This document shows, piece after piece, positions 1-9,817 of a stretch of DNA of 64,000 bases. Under the pieces are notes generated by a model. That model had not been told where the DNA came from and made no database searches. It saw only the letters and a list, made by a program, of their open reading frames with translations. Each line of letters opens with the position of its first letter. Position 1 is the first letter of the stretch. The stretch covers positions 832,001-896,000 of the forward strand of contig CBDHDG010000005.1 in NCBI GenBank assembly GCA_965261595.1, written 5' to 3'. A program made the translations under genes and the position numbers. The DNA is from a bacterium (GTDB lineage: Bacteria; UBA8248; JACPRG01; G963555815).

Positions 1-2
1 TG

Positions 3-809
3 TTTTTCCTCCCCATCGAAACGATGGAGGGACGGCGGGGGCGCGGCTTCTGCCGGCTGGTGGACGGTGTGGGGGAATGCCTGAAGGCCTCGCGCGAGCA
101 GCTTCGGGACGGCGCGACCGAGCTCAAAATCGGAACCACGGGCGGGATCGATCCGTCTTTCATCGTCGCGGAGTCGGCCTTCACGGTCGAAGAGATTCAG
201 GCTGTCGCCTCGGTCGCCCACAACGTCGGGAAGATGCTCCGGGCGCACAACAACGTTTTGAAGGGCGAGCCGCTGACCGGCATCCGCAAGGCCATCGAGG
301 GCGGGGTCGACGCCATCGAGCATGGTTACTGGATAGACGACCCGACGCTGGAGCTCATGGCGGAAAATGACGTGACCTGGGTCGTCACCACGGGTTATCT
401 CCAGCGGGTGGTCGATTGCGGAACGGAACTCGACCTGCATCCGGTCTATGTAGAGAAGTGCGGGAGGGCCCTCGAGTCCATCGCCGACACCCTCCCCCGG
501 GCCAAGAAGATGGGGGTCAAGCGCGCCGCCGGGAGCGATTTTCTGGGGACCCCGGCGGACCCGCACGGCGAGGAGGCGTTCGAGCTGGAGATGCAGGTGC
601 GCTGCGGTCTGACCGAGATGGAGGCCATCGTCGCGGCGACGAAGCTCAACGCCGAGTTCTTTGGCCTGAACACCGGAACGGTGGAAAAGGGAAAGCTGGC
701 CGATTTGATCTTGGTGGACGGCGATCCCTTGAAGGACATCAAGGTTTTCCAGGACGTAAACAACGTCAAAATGGTCATGCTGGAGGGGCAAGTCAAGGTC
801 CGGCGCTGA
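3..809 (+). CDS. Amidohydrolase family protein (Xaa-Pro dipeptidase-like metal-dependent hydrolase), 5'-truncated by the window edge
   Basis: Frame is open back to the window start; motifs LKIGTTGG, RAH, IEHG, AGSD and C-terminal GTVEKGKLADLI. Confidence 0.85.
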   Translation, partial: FFLPIETMEGRRGRGFCRLVDGVGECLKASREQLRDGATELKIGTTGGIDPSFIVAESAFTVEEIQAVASVAHNVGKMLRAHNNVLKGEPLTGIRKAIEGGVDAIEHGYWIDDPTLELMAENDVTWVVTTGYLQRVVDCGTELDLHPVYVEKCGRALESIADTLPRAKKMGVKRAAGSDFLGTPADPHGEEAFELEMQVRCGLTEMEAIVAATKLNAEFFGLNTGTVEKGKLADLILVDGDPLKDIKVFQDVNNVKMVMLEGQVKVRR

Positions 810-877
810 GCCGGCCCCTTGAATTGCGGTGAGTCCGAAACAGCCCTCGGCATCGAGTGTCAGGGAGGAGGCGGTCC

Positions 878-1723
878 ATGAAGTTGGCCCTTTGCCAGTT
901 CATCGGCAATCATGAGAAAGAGCCGAACATACAGAACGTATTGAAATACGCGAAAGAGGCGGGCGAGAGCGGCGCGAACCTCCTCTGTTTTCACGAAATC
1001 TGCACGACCTCGTACTTTTGCTACGAAGAGAACTACGACCACTGCGCCCTCGCGGAGCCCGTCCCCGGACCGGCGACGGACCGGGTCGCCGAAGTCGCCA
1101 AAGAGTACGGGATGGTCATCGTCCTCCCGATCTATGAAAAGGTCATGAAGGGAGAGCTCTACAACTCGGCCGTGGTCATCATGCCGGACGGGAAAGTCCA
1201 GGGGGTGTACCGGAAGACCAACATCCCCATGGCTAAACGCCCCGAAAACCCCTTCGGCAACGAGAAACTCTACTTCAAGCCCGGCAACCTGGGCTATCCG
1301 GTGTTCGACACCCCCTGGGGCATCCGTTTCGGCGTGGTGATCTGCAATGACCGACACTTCCCGGAGGGTCCCCGGATAATCGGAATCAGCGGCGCGGATC
1401 TCCTCCTCGTCCCCACCGCCTCCTTTGGGAAACACTACCGGCCGCTGTGGGAGATCGAGCTTCGGGCTTACGCCTACCAGAACGTGTACTACGTCGGCGG
1501 GCTCAACAAGGTGGGGGTCGATCGGGGGGTGAACAACCAGAACCACTACTTTGGAAGCTCGATGATCGTCAACCCCCGCGCGGATGTTCTCGCCTGTGCC
1601 GGGGACCAGGAAGACGAAATCGTATACGGGGATATCGACCCGGGCATGATTGAAGAGCTGCGCAACGTGTACGGCTTCTACCGGGACCGCCGCCCCGAGT
1701 TCTATGGCGAGCTCGCGCGTTAG
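878..1723 (+). CDS. Carbon-nitrogen hydrolase (nitrilase superfamily; N-carbamoylputrescine amidase / beta-ureidopropionase-like)
   Basis: E-K-C triad (FHEI, YRKT, ICNDRHFPE); C-terminal RDRRPE; GGAGGAGG RBS before ATG 878. Confidence 0.9.
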   Translation: MKLALCQFIGNHEKEPNIQNVLKYAKEAGESGANLLCFHEICTTSYFCYEENYDHCALAEPVPGPATDRVAEVAKEYGMVIVLPIYEKVMKGELYNSAVVIMPDGKVQGVYRKTNIPMAKRPENPFGNEKLYFKPGNLGYPVFDTPWGIRFGVVICNDRHFPEGPRIIGISGADLLLVPTASFGKHYRPLWEIELRAYAYQNVYYVGGLNKVGVDRGVNNQNHYFGSSMIVNPRADVLACAGDQEDEIVYGDIDPGMIEELRNVYGFYRDRRPEFYGELAR

Positions 1724-1943
1724 CGCTGAATCCGCGCGCGCTTTGAGCGCCCCTTGTCGGAATGACAACCGCGGCTTCGTGTCCCGCCTTCGCGTCATTT
1801 ATGGCAGGCGTCAAGCCGCCCCCCCGAGCCGTGTGTGGGTGCGAGCCAAGCGCTCCACGTCCGCTGAACCGCATCCGACAGCGAATTAAGAAGGTTTCGG
1901 AAATTTTCCCATGACCTGACAACATCCACCGGAGGAACACCGC

Positions 1944-2381
1944 ATGAGCGAATCCGCCGCCCCCCCTCCCCCCCCCCCCTCCCCCCCTTACAACCGCAAA
2001 GCCCTGGCGCGGGGGGCGAAGAACTACGGCGAGGAATATACGAAGCGTCTTCTCGACCGGCTGAATGCGATCGACCCTGAATTTTCCCAGCTTTTTCAGG
2101 CATTCGTGTATGGGGGCTTGTACGACCGGGACGTCATCGACCACAAGACGCGGGAGCTCTGCGCCGTCGCCGGTCTGGTGGTCGGGGGGTACTTCCCGCA
2201 GCTTCGCGCCCACTTCGAGGCCTGCCGCAGGTACGGAGCCAAGGATGAGGAAATTCGGGAGGTCATCCTCCAGATGTCGGTCTACGCGAGCATGCCGGCC
2301 GCGCTGACCGCGCTCAATGAGTTCGAGAGCTATCGCGCCGCCGAGAACCCGGCGCTCGGATTCGGCGATCCGGGAAATTGA
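1944..2381 (+). CDS. Carboxymuconolactone decarboxylase (AhpD-like) family protein
   Basis: YGGLYDR..IDHKTRELCAVAGL..QLRAH..EIREVILQMSVY pattern; GGAGG RBS; no CxxC. Confidence 0.85.
   Translation: MSESAAPPPPPPSPPYNRKALARGAKNYGEEYTKRLLDRLNAIDPEFSQLFQAFVYGGLYDRDVIDHKTRELCAVAGLVVGGYFPQLRAHFEACRRYGAKDEEIREVILQMSVYASMPAALTALNEFESYRAAENPALGFGDPGN
1960..1987 (+). repeat. Poly-C tract C7-T-C12-T-C7 encoding a poly-Pro N-terminus
   Basis: Read directly from the sequence. Confidence 0.9.
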
Positions 2382-2533
2382 AAGGCGGATCGCGGAATGT
2401 ACGGGCGACCCGCGCCATGGCCGCTTGCGTGCGGCCCTTTTCTCATGTCAAATCCATGTGTTGGACATTTCCGGATTTCTTGCCGCAGGGTGCGCTCCAT
2501 GAATGATTTCGCCGTCTATGAGGGCGCGTTAGA

Positions 2534-3892
2534 ATGATGCAACCGATGGGCGCGCTGGATCGACTGTCTCTGGACGCGTTGTTGCGCGCGTATGAGAAGG
2601 CCACGCCCAAGTCCAGGGCGATGGCGCAAAAGGCGCGCGCCTCTATGCCCGGCGGGAACACCCGGGCGACGGTCTTCTACGACCCCTATCCTGTCTTTAT
2701 GAAACGCGGCGAAGGCTGCCGGTTGACGGACGTGGACGGCTGCGTCCGCCTCGATTTCAACAACAACTACACGACCCTGCTCCTCGGCCACAATCCGCCC
2801 GCTGTCGCCGAGGCCATCCGGGCGCAATTGGAGAATGGAACGGCCGCCGGCGCCCCCATGGAGATTGAGGAGGCGCTGGCCTCGCGGATTTGCGCGCGGT
2901 TTTCCTCGGTGGACAAGGTCCGGTTTTGCTCCACGGGGACCGAGGCCAATATGAACTGCATCCGCGCGGCGAGGGCCTTTACGGGGAAATCCAAGGTGGG
3001 CAAGTTCCTGGGACACTTCCACGGCTCCAGCGAGCACATGGAGGTCTCGATCTTTCCCGCCGCCGAGGAAATGGGCGACCCTTCCCGGCCGAACAGTGTT
3101 CCCTCCTCGCCGGGAATCCCCGAAGGCGTGGTCCGCGATGTCGTGACGCTTCCGTTCAATGATCCGGACGGGGTGGAGGCAATCGTTCGCGCTCACCGGG
3201 ACGAGATGGCGGCGGTCATCGTCGAGCCCATCGCGGGCGGCGGCGCCATCGAGCCGCACGACGGTTTTCACCGGGACCTCCGGCGCATCTGCACGGAGAA
3301 CGATGTCCTCCTCATCTTCGATGAGGTCATGATGTCACGCCTGGCGCACGGCGGGGCGCAGGCGTTCTTCGGGGTCGGGGCGGACCTCACCGCCCTGGGC
3401 AAGGCGATCGGCGGCGGCCTGCCCATCGGGGCCTTCGGCGGACGGGACGACGTGATGGCGCTCTTCGATCCTTCCGGCGGCGGCCCCGCGGTCCGGCACT
3501 CCGGGACGCACAGCGGCAGTCCCCTGCCCCTGGCGGCCGGCGTGGCGTGCCTGGACGCGATGACCCCGGACTTGTATCCCCGGCTGAACGCCCTCGGCTA
3601 CAGGCTCCGAGCGGGTCTGCGGGAGGTGTTCGGCGAGATGGGCGTTCCGGCGCGGGTGACCGGGGCGGGCTCGGTGTTCTCCGTTCACTTCACCGAAGGG
3701 GAAGTTTGGGACTATCCCGGCTACCTGCGGGGAGACAAGACGGCCCTGAAGAAGATGTTCATGGCGTGGCTTCTTAACGGGGTCTTTATGACGTCCCGAG
3801 GGCTGGGCTGCCTCTCCGCGCCCATGCGGGAAGCCGATATCGATGAATTCCTGGGAGCGACCCGCGACATCCTGGCCCGAGGGGTTTCATAG
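2534..3892 (+). CDS. Class III PLP aminotransferase (glutamate-1-semialdehyde aminomutase-like)
   Basis: MPGGNTR, LLLGH, STGTEA, IFDEVM, GKAIGGGLP (PLP Lys), HSGT. Confidence 0.9.
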   Translation: MMQPMGALDRLSLDALLRAYEKATPKSRAMAQKARASMPGGNTRATVFYDPYPVFMKRGEGCRLTDVDGCVRLDFNNNYTTLLLGHNPPAVAEAIRAQLENGTAAGAPMEIEEALASRICARFSSVDKVRFCSTGTEANMNCIRAARAFTGKSKVGKFLGHFHGSSEHMEVSIFPAAEEMGDPSRPNSVPSSPGIPEGVVRDVVTLPFNDPDGVEAIVRAHRDEMAAVIVEPIAGGGAIEPHDGFHRDLRRICTENDVLLIFDEVMMSRLAHGGAQAFFGVGADLTALGKAIGGGLPIGAFGGRDDVMALFDPSGGGPAVRHSGTHSGSPLPLAAGVACLDAMTPDLYPRLNALGYRLRAGLREVFGEMGVPARVTGAGSVFSVHFTEGEVWDYPGYLRGDKTALKKMFMAWLLNGVFMTSRGLGCLSAPMREADIDEFLGATRDILARGVS

Positions 3893-3985
3893 GGCCGGAG
3901 CGGAAAGGGTGTTGGGATTTCGACCGGCGGCCCGCGGAGAGCGGCCGGTTTCACCGTCGAAGGAAAGAGGAAGGAGTCTCTCGAG

Positions 3986-4816
3986 ATGGTGAAGGTGGGT
4001 TTGATTCAAATGTCCTGTGTGGACGAAAATCGCTCGGAGCCCAACCTGGAGAAGGCGTTTCGGATGATCGACGAGGCCGCCGGGAAGGGCGCCAACATCG
4101 TGGCCTTGCAGGAGTTGTTCAACACCCCGTATTTTCCCAACCGCCCGCGGGACAGCCGGAAGTATTTCGAGATGGCGGAGACCATCCCCGGGCCGACCAT
4201 CGAACGGGTGGCCGACAAGGCCAGAGAACACAAGATGGTCATCATGGCGCCCATCTACGAGCGGGAGATGGCCGGGGTGTATTACAACTCGGCCGCCGTC
4301 ATCGGCCCCGACGGCGAGCTCATCGGCGTATACCGGAAGATGCATATCCCCCACAGCGAGGATTTCATCGAAAAGTATTACTTTAAACCGGGCAACCTGG
4401 GATTTCCTGTGTTTGACACCCCCTTCGGGAAGATCGGCATTCTGATTTGCTACGACCGTCACTTCCCGGAAGGCGCGCGCGCCCTGGGTCTTGCGGGGGC
4501 GGAGATCCTCCTGATCCCGGTGGCCAGCCCGCGGCCCACGGCAAGCGAGGTCTTCGTCAAGGAGTTGATGGGGATGGCCATCGCGAACCAGTATTTCTTG
4601 GCGGCGGTCAACCGCGTAGGGGTCGAGCTGAAAGAGGAGTTTTACGGGACGAGCCTGGTGTGCGACCCCCGGGGAAATATTATCGCCCAAGCCGGCAGTC
4701 AGGAAGACGAGGTGCTCGTCACCGAGATCGACCTCGCCCAGGTGGAGACGACCCGGAACAACTGGTTGTTCTATCGGGATCGCAGGCCGGACGCTTACGA
4801 TGCCTTGCTGTACTGA
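3986..4816 (+). CDS. Carbon-nitrogen hydrolase (beta-ureidopropionase / N-carbamoylputrescine amidase-like)
   Basis: LQELF, YRKMHIP, EKYYFKPGNLGFPVF, ICYDRHFPE. Confidence 0.92.
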   Translation: MVKVGLIQMSCVDENRSEPNLEKAFRMIDEAAGKGANIVALQELFNTPYFPNRPRDSRKYFEMAETIPGPTIERVADKAREHKMVIMAPIYEREMAGVYYNSAAVIGPDGELIGVYRKMHIPHSEDFIEKYYFKPGNLGFPVFDTPFGKIGILICYDRHFPEGARALGLAGAEILLIPVASPRPTASEVFVKELMGMAIANQYFLAAVNRVGVELKEEFYGTSLVCDPRGNIIAQAGSQEDEVLVTEIDLAQVETTRNNWLFYRDRRPDAYDALLY

Positions 4817-4909
4817 GCCGAACCTCTCTGTCCTTGATCAGAGAACACATTCGATGCACCCGACCCCGCGCGCGGCCCGTCCGCCCGAGGGTGTGAAACC
4901 GCTTCCCTT

Positions 4910-6343
4910 ATGGACCTTCTGCTGAAAAACGGGACCGTCGTGACGCCCGATGGGGTGGTGCGGGCCGATCTGGGGACCGGGGGAGAGCGGATCGTTTACC
5001 TCGGCCGTCCGGAGGCCGGCGGGAACGTACACCCCCGTGAGACCCTGGATTGCTCGGGATGTCTTCTGTTCCCCGGCGCCATCGACGCCCACGTTCAGCT
5101 CGAGGTCTCCTTCGGCCAAGGGGAGCTCGGGGATGATTTTTACACCGGCAGCCGGGCGGCGGCCTGCGGCGGGGTGACCACCCTGATCGATTACGCCCGC
5201 CAGCAAAAGGGGGGCGGCCCGCTCGAAGCGCTTCGGGCGAGAAAAGAGGCGGCGGACGCCAAGGTCGGGATCGACTACACCCTTCATCTCACTTTGGTCG
5301 ACCCGACGCCCGAGGCCATCGCGGAGGCGCCCCGCGCCTTGGAGGAAGGGATCTGCAGCTTCAAGGTCTACATGGCGTACGGCAAGCAGGGCCGGCGGAC
5401 GGACGACGGCGCCATCCTGGACATCATGCGGGCCATCGCGGGCGCCTCGGAACCCGGAGGGGAGGGCGGGGGTCTTCTGGGAATTCACGCGGAGGTGGAC
5501 GAGCAGATTGTCCGGGCCTCGGAAGCCCTCCTTCGCGCGGGAAAGGTTCTGCCCCGGTATCACGGGGAGGCGCATCCGCCCATCTCGGAGGTGGCCGCCG
5601 TTGAATCGGTGATTCGCTACGCCCGGTTGACGGGCTGTGAGACCTACATCAAGCACGTCTCGACGGCCGAGGCCGCCCGTCTCATCGGGGAAGCCCGGAG
5701 AGGGGGGGAGGAGGGGGGGAGCGTCCGTATTTGGGGTGAAACGTGCCCACACTATCTTATTCTGGACGAATCCCGCTACCTGGGGGAGGATGCGCCCCTG
5801 TTTGTCATGAGCCCGCCCCTGCGGCGCAAGGACAACCAGGCGGGGCTCTGGGAGGCCCTCGCATCGGGGGATCTTCAGGTGGCCGCGACGGATCACGCGT
5901 CGTACAGCCGGGCGCAGAAGTTCCATGAGGTTTCGACCTTTGAAGACGTGCCGCCGGGAATCCCTGGGATCGAGACGCTCCTTCCGCTGATGTACACCTA
6001 CGGGGTTGATGAAGGTCGTTTGTCCCTTTCCCGTTTCGCTCAGGTCTTGGCCGAGGAGCCCGCGCGGATCTTCGGCCTTTACCCCCGGAAAGGGGCGCTT
6101 CAAATCGGATCGGACGCGGATATTGTGGTGTACGATCCCGGGCCGGAAGATTCGATCGACGCCTCCCGGCTCGCGACGAATTCAGACTTCACCCCCTTTG
6201 AAGGGATGCGCGTCAAGGGGAGGGTCCGGGAGACCTTTTGCCGAGGCCGCCTGGTCGCCCGCAATGGGCGCTGGGTTGGGGGTGACGAGTGGCGGGGCCG
6301 GTTTATTCCGGTCCGGCGGAACCAGGGACCGGAACACACATAA
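4910..6343 (+). CDS. hydA: Dihydropyrimidinase / D-hydantoinase family cyclic amidohydrolase
   Basis: DDFYTGSRAAACGGVTT, SFKVYMAY (carbamylated Lys), HAE, GETCPHYL, MSPPLR, ATDH; first metal motif is HVQ rather than HxH. Confidence 0.85.
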   Translation: MDLLLKNGTVVTPDGVVRADLGTGGERIVYLGRPEAGGNVHPRETLDCSGCLLFPGAIDAHVQLEVSFGQGELGDDFYTGSRAAACGGVTTLIDYARQQKGGGPLEALRARKEAADAKVGIDYTLHLTLVDPTPEAIAEAPRALEEGICSFKVYMAYGKQGRRTDDGAILDIMRAIAGASEPGGEGGGLLGIHAEVDEQIVRASEALLRAGKVLPRYHGEAHPPISEVAAVESVIRYARLTGCETYIKHVSTAEAARLIGEARRGGEEGGSVRIWGETCPHYLILDESRYLGEDAPLFVMSPPLRRKDNQAGLWEALASGDLQVAATDHASYSRAQKFHEVSTFEDVPPGIPGIETLLPLMYTYGVDEGRLSLSRFAQVLAEEPARIFGLYPRKGALQIGSDADIVVYDPGPEDSIDASRLATNSDFTPFEGMRVKGRVRETFCRGRLVARNGRWVGGDEWRGRFIPVRRNQGPEHT

Positions 6344-6355
6344 GGCGGGGTCATC

Positions 6356-7111
6356 ATGAACAGATTAGAAGGGCGCGTAGCGCTGATTACGGGCGGCAGC
6401 CGGGGGCTCGGGCGGGGAATCGCCCTGGCCCTCTCCGGGGAAGGGGCGAAGGTCGCCTTCAACTACCTTCAGGCGGAAGATGCCGCCCGGGAGGTCGTCC
6501 GCGGGATCGAAGAGAAGGGGGGAGGGGCCGAGGCCCTCGCGCGGAAGGCCGACGTGACCGATTCCGCCGAAGTGGAGGGTCTGGTCGACGCCGCGCTCAG
6601 CCGGTTCGGGCGGATCGACATCCTGGTCAACAACGCGGGGGTCGCCGCCCCCCGGGCCTTCACCGAGATGACCATCGATGAGTGGGACGGTCTCCTGGCG
6701 GTCCACCTCAGGGGGATGTTCCTCCTCAGTCACTTCGTGGTTCCAGCCATGTTGAAGCAGGGGAAGGGGAACATCATCAACATGGTGGGGTCGTTCGGGA
6801 TTCAGCCGGAGGCCGACTGGACGCACCTCTCGACCGCCAAAGCGGGGATGATCGGGTTCACAAGGTCGCTGGCCAGGGAATTGGGCGATCGAGGGGTTCG
6901 GGTCAACGCTGTGTGTCCCGCGATGACGAGGACGGAGATGATCGATAAATTTGATCCGGACGTCCTGGAAGGGCTCAGGCAGCGTTACCCGCTGAAGCGG
7001 TTGGGAGAGGTCAAGGACGTGACGGCGACGGTCCTTTTTCTCGCCTCGGACGATTCGGATTACTTCACCGGCCAGACCCTCGCCCCGTGCGGCGGTGACG
7101 TGATGGTTTGA
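6356..7111 (+). CDS. SDR family oxidoreductase (FabG-like) with atypical active site
   Basis: TGGSRGLG, NNAG, VRVNAVCP; LxxxK instead of YxxxK. Confidence 0.9.
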   Translation: MNRLEGRVALITGGSRGLGRGIALALSGEGAKVAFNYLQAEDAAREVVRGIEEKGGGAEALARKADVTDSAEVEGLVDAALSRFGRIDILVNNAGVAAPRAFTEMTIDEWDGLLAVHLRGMFLLSHFVVPAMLKQGKGNIINMVGSFGIQPEADWTHLSTAKAGMIGFTRSLARELGDRGVRVNAVCPAMTRTEMIDKFDPDVLEGLRQRYPLKRLGEVKDVTATVLFLASDDSDYFTGQTLAPCGGDVMV

Positions 7112-7194
7112 TAGAGGCCTCCCCAGGGTCGAGCGGGATAGGTCGGTTGATCCGCGTTCGCGCCGCAAGGCATTAGACAGTTGAGAAATCGTGC

Positions 7195-7965
7195 TTAACC
7201 GATGACGCCTTCCGGGTGACGCTCCAGGACCTTCCAGTCGTGGCCGGGCAGGACGATCCCGTCCCGCTCCTTGATCCAGTCGAGCGCCCGGAGGGCTTCC
7301 AGTTGGTTGTAGCCGTTGCTGGGCCAACCGAGCTCGAGGCTTTCGTAGAACATGGCCGCGTCGCTGGCGAGGATGACTTCTCCGGCGGCGGTCTCGACGG
7401 TCACCGCCGTCAGGTCGGGGCTGTGGCCGCCCATCCGGAAGCATCGGACCCCGGGAAAGACTTCCGCGCCTTCTTCGACCAGACGGAACCGCTTCCCCAG
7501 CTCGCCTCGGAGGAAGTCGATAACCGGATAGGGAAACTGGCTGGGCGGGATCAGGCCGGGATGGGCCGGGGCGCTGATGGCCTCCCAGGAGGTTCGGACC
7601 ATGAGGATCTCGGCGTTGGGAAAATTCGTGATGTTGAGGCAGTGGTCGCCGTGAAGGTGCGTGAGAATGACGTGCCGGACCCCTTCAAGCTCGATGCCCA
7701 GGGTGGCCAACTGTGTCTCGGGGCTTTTTTCCGGGGGGATCTTCCAGGCCGCCTCCTCGCCGAACCGCTCGACGATTTCTTTGTTCAGCTCCACGGCCTG
7801 CTTCGCGCTGACCCCCACGTCGACCAGGACGGCGCCCGCTTCGCTTTGTATCACCCAGAAATACAGGGGGACGTGCAGGACCTCTCCGAAACGGCCCATG
7901 TAAAAGAAGGCGGGTCCCGGAAAGCCTTGTTGCCCGTACTGGATGATCCGAACCCGATTGCCCAT
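7195..7965 (-). CDS. Metallo-beta-lactamase fold hydrolase (N-acyl homoserine lactonase-like family)
   Basis: THLHGDH, GGHSP, ASDA, PGHD. Confidence 0.88.
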   Translation of the reverse strand: MGNRVRIIQYGQQGFPGPAFFYMGRFGEVLHVPLYFWVIQSEAGAVLVDVGVSAKQAVELNKEIVERFGEEAAWKIPPEKSPETQLATLGIELEGVRHVILTHLHGDHCLNITNFPNAEILMVRTSWEAISAPAHPGLIPPSQFPYPVIDFLRGELGKRFRLVEEGAEVFPGVRCFRMGGHSPDLTAVTVETAAGEVILASDAAMFYESLELGWPSNGYNQLEALRALDWIKERDGIVLPGHDWKVLERHPEGVIG

Positions 7966-8021
7966 GTTGCGCGTCCTCCTCGCCCATCGGCGGATGCCGT
8001 GGAACCGGATTCGCCCGGCGC

Positions 8022-9324
8022 TTACTCCGCCGCCGAATTCCCGCCGGTTTCAGGGGTGTCCGGCTTTTTCCGGGGCGCCGAAAGGGCCGGGTCCCCGGAT
8101 TCTCTCAACAGGGTGTCCAGGCTCACGCCGGTCCAGACGGCCTGGTTGGCCCGATTCGCATTTTGGATCAACCTCATCAGACCGCTGTTCATGGGGTCCT
8201 CCGCCGGGTCCGGGACGACGGGGGTGAAGTCGCCGGCCGCCGCGATAACATCCTCCGCCTGGATGATATCCGGGGCCTTGGCGAGTAGATAGGTCTGATC
8301 TCTCTCGCCGGAAAGAACCAACAGCCTCGCCGCCGCCAATCGCTCGAGGATGGGGAACATGTCATTCCGGTTCAGCTTCAAGCGGTCCGCCAAGTCCTGA
8401 AGCCGGAGCGGCGGCTCCCCCCGATCGAATCCGCGGGCGATGTGAAGCATGGGCCTGCAAGGCGTAGCGCCACCGATGATTTTCGATCTCCGGCGGGATC
8501 GTCTCCCGATTCGGTGCGGGCTGATCGGCCCGACAGGCCAGCTCGGCGCCGAAGAGGATGAACCCCCAGGTCAGATACAGCCAGACGAGGAAAACGGGAA
8601 TGACGCCCAGGGAGCCGTAGACCTGATCGAACGTCGAGAAATGTCTCACGTAAGCCTCGAAACCCAGTTTGGCGCCCTCCCAGAGGCTTCCGGCGACGAT
8701 GGCCCCCGTCAGCGCCCCCCGCCAGGCGACGTCCGCTTTGGGAACGAACCGGTAGAGGCAAAAGAAAGCCGACCAGGTCAACAGAATCGGGAGGATGACC
8801 TCGCTCCAGACAATCATAGCGGGAATCCCGGCGACGGATCGGAACCAGGAGGACAGATAGATCGAACCGGCCATCAGAAACGGCGCCAGGGTCAAGACGG
8901 TCCAGAATGTGACGAACTCTTTGAAGGAGGAGCGGTTTCTCGCGTAGCCCCAGACCCGGGTGAGCGCGTGGTCCAGCGTCCGGAGGAGCGAGTAGGCCAT
9001 GACGATGAGGAAGAGCAGGCCGAAGACGGAAAGCGTCCCGGCGTTCTCGGAGAAGGTTTGGATGTGCCGGTAAATCACGTCCCCCGAGCTTACGATGAAA
9101 TGCGAAAGGAGTATCCGCCGGACCTGCTCCAACGAGGCCGTTGATTCGGGAAAGGCGCTGAAGACGGAGAAGGACAGAACGACGATGGGGATCAAAGAAA
9201 GGAGGCTGGTGTACGCGAGGGCCATCGCCCAGTAGGGGCAACCGTCCGCGAAAAACTTTTTCAGGGAATCCCCGGTCAGGATGCGGGCCTGTTGTAAGAA
9301 TTGGCGGACGGGCCGGACGGCCAT
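8022..9324 (-). CDS. YihY/BrkB family inner-membrane protein with C-terminal Rrf2-like winged HTH; +1 frameshift at about 8451-8453
   Basis: ALAYTSLLSLIP, YGSLGVIPVFLVWLYLTW..LFGAEL; removing one C from CAG GCC C ATG joins ORFs 8362-9324 and 8022-8450 (..ALQAMLHIARGF). Confidence 0.85.
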
Positions 9325-9431
9325 TCAGAAAGATCCTCCTGCGGGTATTTTAGAAGAATTGGATGTGAATATTCGAGGGTTCGGGCGATTATCCGAAGAA
9401 AGAATCACTCGATGGCCAGGGGGCAAGTCCG

Positions 9432-9793
9432 ATGGGAAGACCGAACGCGGCCGGGATTTTGCTAGTGCTCGTTCTCGCGGCGGGGTGCGCGGGGATCCCC
9501 CCGGCCAAACGCATTTCGGACATGGCGGAGATCGCCGGAAGGTGGGAGGGCAACCTCGTGTTGAAAGCGCCGGAGCGACCTGGGTCCTGAATCGAGACGC
9601 GACGTTCGCGATGAATCACCCGTGGGGGACGGCGAGGGGAACCTGTCGGATTGTGGATGGAAGGATCCACTTTTCCAGCCGCGGCGCAACCTTCAGTGGA
9701 ATCGCCGGCCTGCGCGAGGGCGGCGGAGGGCGAATGCTGCTGAGTTGGCACGAGGACGGCGTCGCCTCGGGAGAATGGACACCGGCCCTGTAG
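9432..9793 (+). CDS. Small hypothetical lipoprotein; frameshift at about 9558-9562
   Basis: ATG 9432 gives MGRPNAAGILLVLVLAAG-C (lipobox) AGIPPAKRISDMAEIAGRWEGNL; after a shift at GTGT it continues ESAGATWVLNRD..GEWTPAL*. Confidence 0.6.
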
Positions 9794-9817
9794 CCCCACC
9801 CGGGAGGGCGCTCCCGC

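Noticed and set aside
2534..3892. hemL assignment
   Set aside because: HemL-like family, but it sits in an amide-catabolic cluster and diverges from HemL motifs; not named
8440..8460. Programmed ribosomal frameshifting at the frame breaks
   Set aside because: No canonical slippery heptamers or stimulators; breaks coincide with error-prone runs
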